From: Lama glama
Taxonomy: Eukaryota
Reading direction: 5' to 3'
Length of the DNA stretch: 64,000 bases
Assembly: GCA_028534125.1 (NCBI GenBank)
Contig: CM052817.1
Location: forward strand, 55,864,001 to 55,928,000
Below are positions 52,280 through 64,000 of the stretch, piece after piece; the stretch's first letter is position 1; each line of letters begins with the position of its first letter. The translations under genes were made by a program, and so were the position numbers. The notes below the pieces were generated by a model. That model searched no databases, was not told the DNA's origin, and saw only the letters and a list, made by a program, of their open reading frames with translations.

Positions 52280-52508
52280 CAATGATCCGATGGTATCGGC
52301 AGGAGATTGGTTGCAGGAGCCCCCAGACATACCAAAACCCATGGGTGCTCAAGTCCGTTATATAAAATGGAATGGTACAATGAAAATATTTGCTCCCTGT
52401 GGATATGAAACTCCTGAATAGAGAGGGCCAACTGTATATTTATTTTATTTAAAAAATTCCATGTATAAGTGGATCTGCACAGTCCACATCTGTGTAAAGA
52501 GTCAACTG
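52280..52508. mobile_element. MER2-type Tigger MITE (TcMar)
   Basis: Flanked by TA on both sides; GATTGGTTGCAGGAGCCCCC...GTGCTCAAGTCCGTTATATAAAATGG; ends AGAGTCAACTG; same layout as 41583-41864. Confidence 0.8.
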
Positions 52509-55500
52509 TAACTGGTATGAAGAAACTACAAAGGCAAGCAGATCCATATTATTTCAGTACAAACATTCTAAAGAGCCACTGTAGCAATGGACTTGCTAGC
52601 TTTTCCTCACAGTGGGAGGTAAGACATTAGTCAGAAATGATGCATTAGCCAATAGAGAAAGAACATGAAAAGATGGTTCCTGGACCCGAACAGGAAGATA
52701 TGGTACCTCACAATGAATAATTTTCACATGAGCCAATAAGAAAATTAATAAATCTTTAAATACATCTTCTTTGCCAATTATTCTAAATCTTTATTAATAA
52801 ATCACTATATTTGTCATCAGCTGATGAATAATTTTTAAATCAAATCGATTATATAAATAAGACCACACAACAAGTATTTACCTGGACTGTGCACACCTGA
52901 GAGTCAGCTTGGTGGAAAACAGTGGATTGGGAAGATTTTCTGAAGTAGAATCTAGGACTTGGTGACTTATCAGACATAGGAAGAGGAAGAGAAGAGTTAA
53001 ATATGTCTTCCAAAGTTTCTGACTTGAAAAATTAGGTACATAAAAAGAGTACTGATGTTTTCCCACGTTATAGTTATCTTTTAAGTATTATATAATCTGT
53101 AATTTAAAAATTTTAGCTTTCTTAAGGTATAATTGACATCTAATTCATAATTGTGTTTGAATAAGTGTGTTTTCCAAAGTTTTAAAAATTTAATGCCATT
53201 GTAATGGTTTATTTGTAACAACAGTTTAGTTGTTTTTAAACTAAAGTTTAATCTTTATCCAAATTGCTTACCCCATTGAAAAAGAGCAACAAAATTCAGA
53301 TGAATTCTTTTCTTTCTTCTTTTTCCTTAAATTTAAACTTTTAAAATCTAGCTAATTTTTGCATGAATAAAAGTGGATTGTTAAATCATCCAAAATACCT
53401 TAAATCATAAAGCCTTCAGTTTTCCAAGTAGACTAAATCAATGTAGAGCAATCCAGACAACTGAACTATAAAAATAGAGGGTTGTGTACCCTTGTCTTAT
53501 TTTTATTTGAGTAGTATAGCACACTGATTGACATTTACAAAATGTACATTCAACACTTATCCTCCTGAGAGGGTAAGAAATAGCCTCACGTTCAGTAACA
53601 CTCATCTGCACCTAACTGGGCTATGGTCTCAAATTTATTCTCAAAAGTTTGTGTTCTGATCTAAGTTTGATTTGATTATGGGAGGGATCCTACATTTTAA
53701 TAAAAATGCAGTCATTTTTAACGTAATTTCATTTTTAGTTGTTGTCTATAGAATTTTCCAACATGCAATAGATTCTTAGAGATAATTTAAAATTCCATAG
53801 TTAGTTGAATATAGGATGATCAAAGGTATTCTACTTTATCACCTCATGAAAAAACAAAAACTATCCTACATCAAGACCTCATGACTATTATTACAGCCAC
53901 TCTATGTGTATTTGACTAGAGGGAGAATGACTAGAATTCATCCCTTTTCTACGAACACCCACTAGTAACTGGAACAGCATTCAGGATTCTTTTGTATTCT
54001 TTTTGTGATTTCCCAGTTGGTGGTGGGCTGGGCTTTGGAAGGAAAGCATATCACCGCTCTCTACTCCCTATTACCACCATGGATCGCCTCTCTTTGTTTT
54101 GTTTTGTTTTGTTTTTGATTGTTAAAAACAACACAAACAAGGATGACTTAATCAGTACTCATTATGTGCTAAGTTGTATGTTGAGCATATGGCAAACATT
54201 ATCTCCTTTAATTTCACAAATACCCTGGGAGGCAGGATACTAGCTTGTAGATGAAACTAGTTGGTAGATTAAAAAACAGATGTTCATCAAGATCACGTAA
54301 CGCGATGACTTTCATCACATGAGTAACAGGAGAATGCTCTCTATTATTCCCAGGTGCCTTGTATGAGTATTAGTTTTATCAGAAACTCAGGGCGAAAAAC
54401 CCTTTATTTGGAAGGATTATAGACTTTTCTCATCCTTTGAAGGTTAATCAATGTCAGTATCATAAATTCTCAAAGAGTGACATGGTATACCCAGAGAGAA
54501 CCATTTTAGTTTACATAGTTTATTTAGATATTATGTTTTATGAATAACTAACAGATAGATATAATTCAACATCAAAAGGGATAGTAATAAGAGAGAGAAT
54601 GAAAGAAGGGAATGACACAGAGTTTAATATTTTAGCTTGCTACTTTTGTACTAAATGCCATAAAAACTTATCATCAATTAAGGTATTAGAAAATGTTGAA
54701 TTCATCTAAGCACTTTAAATTGCTACAGACAAGGAATAAAAATGTTCTCCTATATAATTAATGGATAATCAATATTTTAACTCACTACTAATATAATAAT
54801 TTTCTCATGTGCTATAAATGATAGTATTATTTGAATAAATACAATACTTTTCATAAAGAAATATATTCCCTTGACAACCTTTTCTTAAAATCAGATTATT
54901 TTCTAACATGCATTTTCCACTCTATAGCTATGTCAGACATTTATCCAAACTTTGTAATTTGGGGCAAAAACTTTTAAAATATGTTGACTGTTGAAACGGT
55001 ATTTTGTGGGAACACAGACATTATTACATTTAAAATCGTTGTTTGAACAGATGTAAACTAAGACATAATTTGGAACACTGACAGAAGGCTGACATCTAGA
55101 AAAATAGGGATGTGCAATCAGAGTTTGTTGTAATATATGGCAACATTTTTATATACCAAAGCTATTTATCGACACTTCAATAAAGGGCAGAAGGAAATTG
55201 TCATAGAAAATAGTAAAAATGACTTGAAGATATGATAGACAGATGGGAATCATAATGAAATATGAATGGAATACAATAGAGCAGAAAAATGAAATGTTGA
55301 AAACATATGTAATGATTAAAAATGGAAAAGCCTGTAATAAAGTAAAAATTTAAAATACTTTAAAAAGTGTTTTAAAGGGAGGTTCTGGTAAATTTTAACC
55401 AGATGGGCTAGAGATGAACCCATCAGAGAGCATATGGGATTAATGAAACTAATCAAACAGAGTTTAGGATGAGTTAAATCACATGTGTTGATCACAAAAT

Positions 55501-56640
55501 TTGGGACTACCAACTTTCTCCGCGGTTTGCGACACAGAAGCCGTGCCTGTATCACACGTCGGAGTGCACACAGACTGCCAAAGGGAATGCCCAAGAGAAC
55601 TTTTACGGAGAAGTATGAAACACAGTGTTTTTGCTCTATGATTTTTAATTGTTGAAGGCATATTTCCAGGTAGAGTAAGTACAATTTAAAATAGCTGTTT
55701 TTATTGTTCCTGTTGTTGTGGTTTTCTTAGTGTTTGGTTCCTAAAAATTAACAATGTGATATTAAATCTTCATAACAGTATCTTATATTGAGTGTTTTTC
55801 TTCCTCCAAAATATTTCCAATCTATAAAAAAAAACATATCCACAAGAGCTTCCTCTCACCTTCTTTCTTAATAGCAAAGCAGCATGTGTTCAGTGGTGAA
55901 CCGTTTCTCACAGCCTTTTCTGCAAGATCGCTGCCCTTCAGGAGCGTTCACTTGCCTGTAGTTGGTTTGCTCACTGTGTTTTCAGGATCTGGGCCTGTGG
56001 TTAGGACCTAATACATGTACTTTGAGTCCTACTGACTCTTAGAAATTATAGAAGAGCAGAAAAACTCCTCATATTGAGTCAACACGTTTATCAAAATTAA
56101 ATAAGAAAATATTATAATGGTATTTATTTAAGCTGTAAGTAATTACACAAATAAAAGGGTTTTTTTTTCCTTATTAAATATTGCCCCCCCACCAGAGAAC
56201 AGCTATGATTACAAAGAAGCCAGAATGATGTCGTAAAGAGATTTTGGGCTATGAAATCAGAATGCCTTCAGTTCAGTTCTATATGGACCTCAGTAAACTC
56301 CTGAGACTTCCTTGCCTTTGGTTTTCTCTTCTGTACAATGAAGAAAATTGTGAAGATTTCAAAAAACATGTTGAAAACTTCCAGCACATAACAGAACAAC
56401 TGTCAAGTGGAAACTAATTTTAAAACTGCCATACTTAGACACTTAGTTATTACGTTTGTCACCAACTTTCCCAGGGAAGAGCCATTTCCAGAATATAAAT
56501 TCATTTAAATTCAATCTTTTATTATAAAATGACTATGTGGTAAAGAATTATGGATTACTTTTCATAGACAGAAAAGCAGCCCTCTCAGGGATGTCAAAGG
56601 GTAGCCAAGGTCACAAGAAATGTTATTAAGAACACTTATA

Positions 56641-56861
56641 TGTCTTGGCTATTATAAATAGTGCTGCTGTGAACACTGAGATACATGTATCTTGTCGAAT
56701 TAGAGTTTCCTCCAGAGGTATGCCCAGGAGGGGGACTGCTGAATCACATGGTAAGTCTATTTTTAGGATTTTAAGGACTCTGCACACTGTTTTCCATAGT
56801 GGCTGCACCAGAGACTAACACAACGTTCTAAATAGACTGTACTTCAACCACAAAAACAAAC
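56641..56861. mobile_element. Short 5'-inverted L1 insertion
   Basis: 56641-56810 antisense ORF2 C-terminus (QPLWKTV...PLLGI...FTAALFIIAKT), then sense L1 terminus CAGAGACTAACACAAC...TACTTCAA with an A-rich tail. Confidence 0.85.
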
Positions 56862-57377
56862 AAAAATACTTGCAATTCCCAAATGTTAATTCATTGCACT
56901 TTCTTAAGACGCTTTTTTAAAATTAGATTGAGGAAATTTAGCTTGCTAAAGTTAAGTATTGAATTATGTGCAAATTCCACATTAATGATTTGGTGAAACA
57001 ATTGAGTTGTTAAGTAAGTATATCTCAGTACTTCTATAGTAATTGTTCGCATATTTTTTAATTCCAAAAAATAATGAACAACTTCTAAGTAGAGAGCTGA
57101 CCATCTTCCCATCCCATTTTAGGGTCAGTTTTAGACACTGTTTTGGTAAAAATAAACCTGCTTAAATAAAGTAAATAATTGAATAAGTTAGATACATATT
57201 AGGGAGGCTTATTATAAACATAAAGGCTACTGGGTAATTTTTAAGAACTAAGTTAATGAAAGATAAAATTGATTAGTCAAAAGTAGAATTGTCAAAAAAA
57301 TCAGAATTCACAGGTTAAACATTATACTACATATTCTTAGAAATCAGTGGGCGGGACAATGAAATCTTTTTCTAGAG

Positions 57378-57522
57378 CAGTGGTTTCCTAAGTGTTAATT
57401 AGAATCCCTCATGGACCATTGTTTAAAGAGACATCTGATACAGAAGGCCAGGGTGTGTCTGGTGAATACTGAAAAGAGCTCCCCAGGTAATTCTGATAAT
57501 CAGCTAGATGTAGGGCCCATTA
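57378..57522. mobile_element. MER5A-like hAT MITE
   Basis: TCTAGAG|CAGTGGTTTCC...TTAGAATC...GCTCCCCAGGTAATTCTGATAATCAGC. Confidence 0.6.
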
Positions 57523-58929
57523 CTTAATTATCTTCTGTAACACATTAGCAGCAAAAACATGAGCTAAATCACTACGCTTTTATCAGTTTCCTTGTTCTGT
57601 CATCAATCAGCAAAACCCTTAAAATGTCATCTTTTTTCACTTCAAATATTCCAATGAAAACATACTCATCAGTCAAATTTTCAACATTCTCCAATCCTCA
57701 CAACAAACAAACAAACAAAAAAATAGATTTTTGAGAAGGAAATATATGACATTGAATGGCTCTTGCCTTCCTCTATTCCCAAGTTCAAAAACTCATTTTG
57801 AATGCATGAGTCTGAGCATTTGAACTGTTTCAGCTCTACGTAATGGAGACCGGAATGCTGTTAGGTGGAATACATTCCACTGTGATTCTGTTCCCCTTTT
57901 CTCTCACACCTGGGTCTAGGCTTGGAACACCAACTGGCCTTCAGAGTTCAGCAGTCAGGTGAACAAGGGATAGCCTTGTCTGGAAAACTGTAAACTCTCT
58001 ATTCCCACCTACTGATAATCATTCACTGTGAAAAGCTGACAACAGGGAGATTATGAGGTGACAGAAGGCACTGTAGCACTAAGAGCAATTTGGGGATGCA
58101 AATTAAACACACTTCTTGGATTAACCTCATGACTGAAGATCCAACTGATCCTTCTAGATAAGAGATTTTTGGGCAGGGAGGCTGCTGTGATCCAGATAAG
58201 ATTGTTCTAAGAATTTTATCACTACTGCTTTGGCTCTTGGGAAAATGCAAAATGATTAGCATACAATAAATACGTCCCTTCCTATTTATTTTTATCCTAA
58301 CAGCAAGAGAAAAGCAGCCTTCAAGGCAGAGATACATAAGCAGCTGGAGGTTTAATCTTTAAGCATATACTCAAATAATTCGTTGGCCCTCACAAAAAAT
58401 TTATCTGACTTTGATGAACATTAAGTATACAATCCACTAGACTAAAACTATTTAAATAAAATGTGTAAATTCTAATAATAGGAGGTAATGTGAAAAATCA
58501 CGAGTGTCATGAGAGTAAAATTTTTGTACTGATTTAGTACCAGTGCTTAATTTGAGAATTACAAATTACATATGTGTGTTCACTGAACTAAGTTTTTATT
58601 TTTCTTGTGCCATTAGAACATAAAAACCTTTAAAAACCAGGAAAAAGCCTATCAATTTTTCCCTGCCCAATTTAATTGTGAAGGTAAATAGATGAGAAGT
58701 GACTATATAGCAGTACTTCCCCATAAATACCATTCTTCTGCACTCTACATCAGAGCCTGATGTGAGAAGTAACTGACTGATGCATTAAGTTACTGGAGTT
58801 CCAATTCATATACATTACTGTAATTTCTGCTCAACTTACTATGTAAAGCTATAGATCACTTTTTATTCTTATTCTAACTAAAATCCTATTTACTCTTTTT
58901 GAATTGTTATGTATCTCTAATAATAATAA

Positions 58930-59135
58930 TAATAGCTATCACTTACTGAACACTTAATATGTGCCAATTATATTGTTAAACATTTGAATAATTTATGATT
59001 TAATATCTAAAAATACTTTGATGACCTATCTTACAATCCTTTGTCTATGGCTGACACAGCTGAACATAGAGAGGTTAAGACTGCAGTGTCTCACAATCAG
59101 CAAATGGGAGAATCTGGATCTGAAGGTATGTGACT
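58930..59135 (-). mobile_element. MIR
   Basis: ATAGCTATCACTTACTGAACACTTAATATGTGCCA...AGAGAGGTTAAG...CTGGATCTGAA. Confidence 0.6.
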
Positions 59136-59561
59136 GACAAATTCTTTGCAAGCAATCAATAAGCCATGCTGATTCCTATTTCAGCTATACCAACTTCTTG
59201 CACTTGAACATTAAACTACTTTAAACATAGGAGTATTAAGTTTATTCCTTTATGATATTTCACTGTTCCTTTTTTGGAGTGCTCCATGCTTTTTCTGTAA
59301 ATCTAAAGCAAAGAAAATAAACATCACATTTGAATTTGTGGTTAATGTAATGGTATAATTGTGTGTCTGTGTATGTTTGTTTGCATGTGTTTATTTTTTT
59401 CAAACAGTGTATCTTTTCTATCATACAACTGTTGAAAATATTAAGAATAGATAATTTTAAGAAACACAGTATTTAGGGAGAAAGTAAAGTCTCATTTAAA
59501 GTAATAGAACTTGCTCTGAGCAATATGGAAAATAAAGTTAACTTAAAAATACCACTGGTAA

Positions 59562-59916
59562 GGGGGCTGAGCCAAGGTGGTGCAGTAGAGAGACTCACAG
59601 CTCGCCCTCTCCCACAAATACACCAAGAATTACATCTACAAACTCACTGAATTGTGCAGAACACCTACTGAACTCTGGCAGAATGTCTCTCATTTCGAAA
59701 TACAGAAGGATTCTCACAAAATCTGTTAAACAACAAGTTTATACTGTATGGCACAGGGAACTATATTCAATATCTTGTAGTAACTTATGATGAAAAAAAG
59801 TATGAAAATGATTATGTGGGTGTTCCTATATGACTGAAGTATCGTGCTGTACACCAGAAGTTGACACAACATTGTAAATTGACTATATTCAATAAAAATA
59901 TATATAAAAAATAAAT
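59562..59916 (+). mobile_element. Mini-L1: 164 bp L1 5'UTR start fused to about 190 bp L1 3' terminus
   Basis: GGGGGCTGAGCCAAGGTGG start homologous to 12165ff; from 59726 TAAACAACAAGTTTATACTGTATGGCACAGGGAACTATATTCAATATCTTG homologous to the L1 3'UTR at 32940-33100; AATAAA plus A-rich tail; decayed 17-bp TSD. Confidence 0.85.
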
Positions 59917-62629
59917 AAAAATATCACCAGTGAAATCTATCATATTGTAATGGCATATTTCTTGTATTTATTTTATACACATATATATATTACTTTTTTA
60001 TTTTTGAATTCCATTTTTTACAATACAATTTTAATGTCTACATATCTCGTATTCCTTATAGACTGCCCCCAATAAAATTTAACACAAATGAAGGCATTTT
60101 TGTCTGTCTTGTTTCCTGATGTGAACATTAAGAATCCCTGGAATATAAGAGGCACTTAACTGTGGTGTGAATAAATGAATTTAACCAAGTTTCTGTATTT
60201 GGAGACATTGGTTATTTTCAGTTTCATAATATTAAAAACCCACATGGGATGACTTCAGCTTATACACTGAGCACAGACATGATTACCTTCTTACAGTTAA
60301 CTCCTAGCTGCAAGATTATCGGTCAAAGAGTATATGCTTAATTTTATGGCTTTTGAGTTTTTCTAGTTTTTCTTTTTTTTTACCAATTTTAAGGCACAAA
60401 GGGGGTTATGGCTGCACTTTTCATGACAATTTTTGTTTTTTAGGAGAAATAGATCAGTAATTTCCTACAGTAAGATTTGGCTTGTATCAAGCTATCTGGG
60501 CTGTCTGTCTCTCCTATTAAAAAAAAAAATCTGTCTCAAAAAATCCCCTCTAGACATTACCTGTAATTTTTTCTGTAGGTTTTCTTTGTTTTCCCATATC
60601 AATGTGACTTATGGTGAACAGACTTCTTAGTTCTGTCTATGATTTGAGATTTTATGAGGTGTCTGAGGACAAGAATGAGGCCAGGTGTCAGCTGGCTGCC
60701 ACCTCCACTGGCCTCATCTAAGGGAGATGGGAAGGCAGAAGAAAGGGCTCTGGAATAGGGCTTTTATGTTAGCAAACTGCCTCCTGAAAAATATACACCT
60801 GTTTATAATCCCACTGGATATGGATGAGGATATCTCCTTTTCTAATCTTTGGACTACAATACGTATTTTCTGTCTTAAAAACTATCATTTGGTTAGGAGG
60901 AAACTGGCATCTCAATTTATTTTTATTCAAATGGAACACACTGCAAGTTTATTCATTTGTGAATTGCCTTTTTTCTGTTTTTCTTAGATGGTTTGTTTCT
61001 TGCAGTATTTGTCTTAGTTCTGACATTTACACTTGAGTTAGAGTCATCATTGAGAAGCTGGTTTCAAACTGAGAGCTGAGACTACTGGTAGTCTTTTATA
61101 TTTCTAATCTGATTTACTGGCTCCTCTTACTCCATGGTCTTTTCATATTGGGGCATGCAGAGATGAAGACATGAAAAGGTCTCTGCACTGCATGGTTAGA
61201 CACTGAGCTGAGGCTGGTACTAGTAAATCTGCCAATTAACACTCAGGCCAGCAGTTCAGAGGAGACACAGGGCACCCTTGAACCTTCTGGGCATCTGATG
61301 TTTGAAAAGTTAAAAACAGATTAAATATTTCATTCTCAAAATCATATTGAGCTGCACATAAATTGAAGGCGCCATGAGGGGTGTAATGTTCTGCTTCCTT
61401 TAGAGATCCACAGTCTAGTGTTTATTTAGTTCTTGATACCCATTAGATAAATGCTTTGATGTATTATATCAGAGCTTTAATTTTTGACTTAAAATGGAGA
61501 TCAAGTTACACCACTTGGTATAGCAACAGGGTCTCACCTGAAGTGATGAGAACATTCATTGCATAACAGTTACCTGGAAAAGAAGCAGGGCTTTAGAGGG
61601 GGTGTCTAGTTGGGCTGCATTTAGGTAACCTCACTCTTTGGATCTTTATCACAAAAGCATCAAGGAAGAAGAGAGCAAAGAGATGAGACAGAATCTAAGC
61701 AAAATGAAACCTTGAAAGACACCCACAAGGTCAGTTCTTTGAGGCACCAACAAACTTACTGTGTCCCAATGAGAAATGAGGCAGAGCCTTTCAGCCCAGA
61801 GAAAAGCTCTCTGTGGCAGTACAGTATACTTGTCTTTTAAGTCAGTCTATATTTATATTCGTATATTCTCTTTGGTTCCTTTCCTGCTGTCTTAATATTT
61901 ATTAAAGTATGTATTTTTGTTTGTTTATCTATTTTTTTACATTTATAGGTTGCTTGGGATGAACTAAGAGTAGATTTGGGTACAAATTTATACTAAAACC
62001 ATAGAGTAAAAGTGACATACTCCTGTGGTACTTTAATGTTGGAATACCAGGTATCAAAGTGTGAGAACTCCAAAGGGAGATGATTCACCCTTGGAGGTAC
62101 TAGATTACTTAATGATACGTCCCTTCCCACCTAGAGACACAAACATGCTAAGTCTTGTTGTAAAAACTGAGGCGGATGTTCTTACACACAGACATGTGTA
62201 AAGACAGTACAAGGAAATTTGTGATAATTGCTATAATCTGAATTACATTTTGGTGAAATGTACTTATAACTTCTTAATAGATTGACACCCAGTGGATTTG
62301 GCATGTGTTTCATTCCATTTCTCTACAAAAAAATGATCAAAAGGAATTTTATTCATTCTCTAATAGTGATTAAACTAGGCTAAGTTATCCATTTATCATG
62401 AGTTTGATATTTTCAGGATGTATCCCTAAGGGCAGTGTTGGGCATTCTGATTTAGCTCTTGAAAAGCGTTACCTTAAATTGCACAAATTTGTCCTTGCTC
62501 TATCTTATTTATTGATTCCAGGGCTTGTTGGCAAGATACTGTAGAAGGCATTAGTGTAGGGAGCATGTATGTTGGCAGTCAAAGGAGAGTTGACGGCAAA
62601 AAGCTATGTCTTCTAAAGATAATTGCTGG

Positions 62630-63066
62630 TGTAAAATCTGGGTTCTCTGAGAATCAGACACCAAGCTAAGAATAGAGCTGCAAAGATTTTAATAGGGTAA
62701 CCGTGTGAAAGAATATGGGGAACCTGAGAGAGAAAGGAGACCACACACAAGTGTGATTCTAAGGGAAGACGAGAGAGAAGGAATGCTGGTAGAAGGAGGC
62801 CAGACTGCCAAGAAGCCTAAGGAAGGTCTGGTAAGGTCTTCAGAAGCCTTCAAACCAAGGTCAGCTTTCAAGAGTCCTACATCTCCCAGGAACGCTTTAC
62901 CTTAGTGGCCTACCCACACACAGTCCTTAGCTGGGAGCCGCCTGATGGGACACATGCTTTCAGTGCTAACAAAGCTGTAAATTGCAGAGCACAGTAGCTG
63001 GGGCCCTTGGTCCATAATCTTCCCTACAGTTGGAGGTCTATGAGGTACATTCCTAAAGCCATTACA
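62630..63066 (-). mobile_element. LTR16-family solo LTR (ERVL)
   Basis: TGT...GGGTTCTCTGAGAATCAGACACCAAG start and CACAGTAGCTGGGGCCCTTGGTC...GCCATTACA end; TG...CA termini. Confidence 0.7.
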
Positions 63067-63104
63067 ATAACAAGGGAAAGAGGACAAATTATCTAAGAGT
63101 TTTC

Positions 63105-63325
63105 ATTAAGTATTTACCAAATGCTTATGATAAGGGTTTCATGTGAATTGTTACATTTAATGCACACAATAATTATTTAAGTAGAGATTTATTGTGTCAC
63201 AATTTAAAAAATGAGGAATCAGAGATACGGAGAGGTAAAATAATTGGCCCAAGGTCACAAGCTACTTGGTAGAATATAATAAGCAAGAGTCAAAAAAATC
63301 TAACTCCCAAATCCATTGTTTTAAT
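63105..63325 (-). mobile_element. MIR
   Basis: ATGAGGAATCAGAGATACGGAGAGGTAAAATAATTGGCCCAAGGTCACAAGCTA. Confidence 0.7.
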
Positions 63326-63476
63326 TTCTGAAGTCAAAATGGTTGAAAGACAACGAGAAAAAGAAATGAACAGGAAAATTTAAGGAGAAAAAACACTATT
63401 AAAAAGAAATTCATGTTTACTCTTAAAAAATGCTAAATACTTTAGCTACCTTAGGTTCTTGGGTAAGAAAGGTAAA

Positions 63477-63502
63477 AATGAATGAATGAATGAATGAATG
63501 AA
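63477..63502 (+). repeat. (AATG)n tetranucleotide microsatellite
   Basis: About 6.5 perfect AATG units. Confidence 0.9.
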
Positions 63503-63763
63503 AATTTCTAATTTTATTTTTTCCCCAAACTAGTGATTCGCTACTGTATTCTGTGGAACTCACTAGAAGATTTTTGGTAACAAGGGGTAGACTCTCCCCC
63601 TCAGTTGTATCCAAATTAAACTGTAATTAAATGCAAAACATCTGTGTTGAATGGACCATGAAATTTTGAGGCCACCCCTAAAATATTTAAAGAAATGACA
63701 TGTTTCTGGATGATGCCAACAACGGTTTTCTGAGGTCATTTCCTATTTCTAATGTCAGTATGT

Positions 63764-63765
<2 letters not shown>

Positions 63766-63797
<32 letters not shown>
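63766..63797 (+). repeat. (CA)16 microsatellite
   Basis: Uninterrupted CA repeat of 32 bp. Confidence 0.95.
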
Positions 63798-63801
<4 letters not shown>

Positions 63802-64000
63802 CTACAATATTTAAAAGTTAAATAGTTTGAAAGAGTACTAGATAGAGTATGAGTCTACTCAAGGTAAGCATGTTCCAGGCAGACTTTCCATAGAAGAAGT
63901 GATAATAAGACAAAAAACATATGCAAAACACATTTTTAGAGATAGATAGAGATAGCCTTTTTTAATTCATAGATTGAATGGGTGATGTTTGAATAGGTTA

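Noticed and set aside
33937..52694. TTCCTGGACC(T/C)GAACAGG at 33937 and 52677
   Set aside because: An 18-mer with one mismatch is expected about once by chance in 64 kb, and the similarity does not extend.
61925..62000. Strong splice acceptor followed by VAWDELRVDLGTNLY-stop
   Set aside because: No upstream coding exons, no recognisable peptide, and the other frames close at once.
29900..63066. LTR16-like element at 62630 as the 3' LTR of the ERVL at 29900
   Set aside because: Opposite orientation and 30 kb away.
1..64000. CRISPR array, prokaryotic or viral gene cluster, or NUMT
   Set aside because: No regularly spaced repeats, no gene-dense segment and no mitochondrial-like sequence noticed; content is mammalian repeat-rich DNA throughout.

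Overview
AT-rich, repeat-dense mammalian genomic DNA, intergenic or deep intronic, with no protein-coding gene I can support. Two copies of a tRNA-Ala-derived SINE matching the camelid vic-1 type, plus cetartiodactyl-style L1 3' ends, point to a camelid genome (alpaca, llama or camel; inference). The window is mostly L1 fragments of several ages, L2, MIR, ERVL/MaLR LTRs (LTR40, LTR16, LTR33, MLT1), one decayed LTR16-ERVL provirus and hAT/Tigger MITEs, with a 500-N scaffold gap at 11370-11869. The only ORFs with recognisable protein content are L1 ORF2 fragments and decayed ERVL gag/integrase. The most notable structure is a ~355 bp element made only of an L1 5' end fused to an L1 3' end, flanked by its own target-site duplication (59562-59916). 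It may be a spliced or non-autonomous L1 derivative. Also seen: two 5'-inverted L1s, two other internally deleted L1s, and a few candidate regulatory patches and non-coding exons. Repeat family names come from recalled consensus sequences, not from a database search, and boundaries of old elements are approximate.
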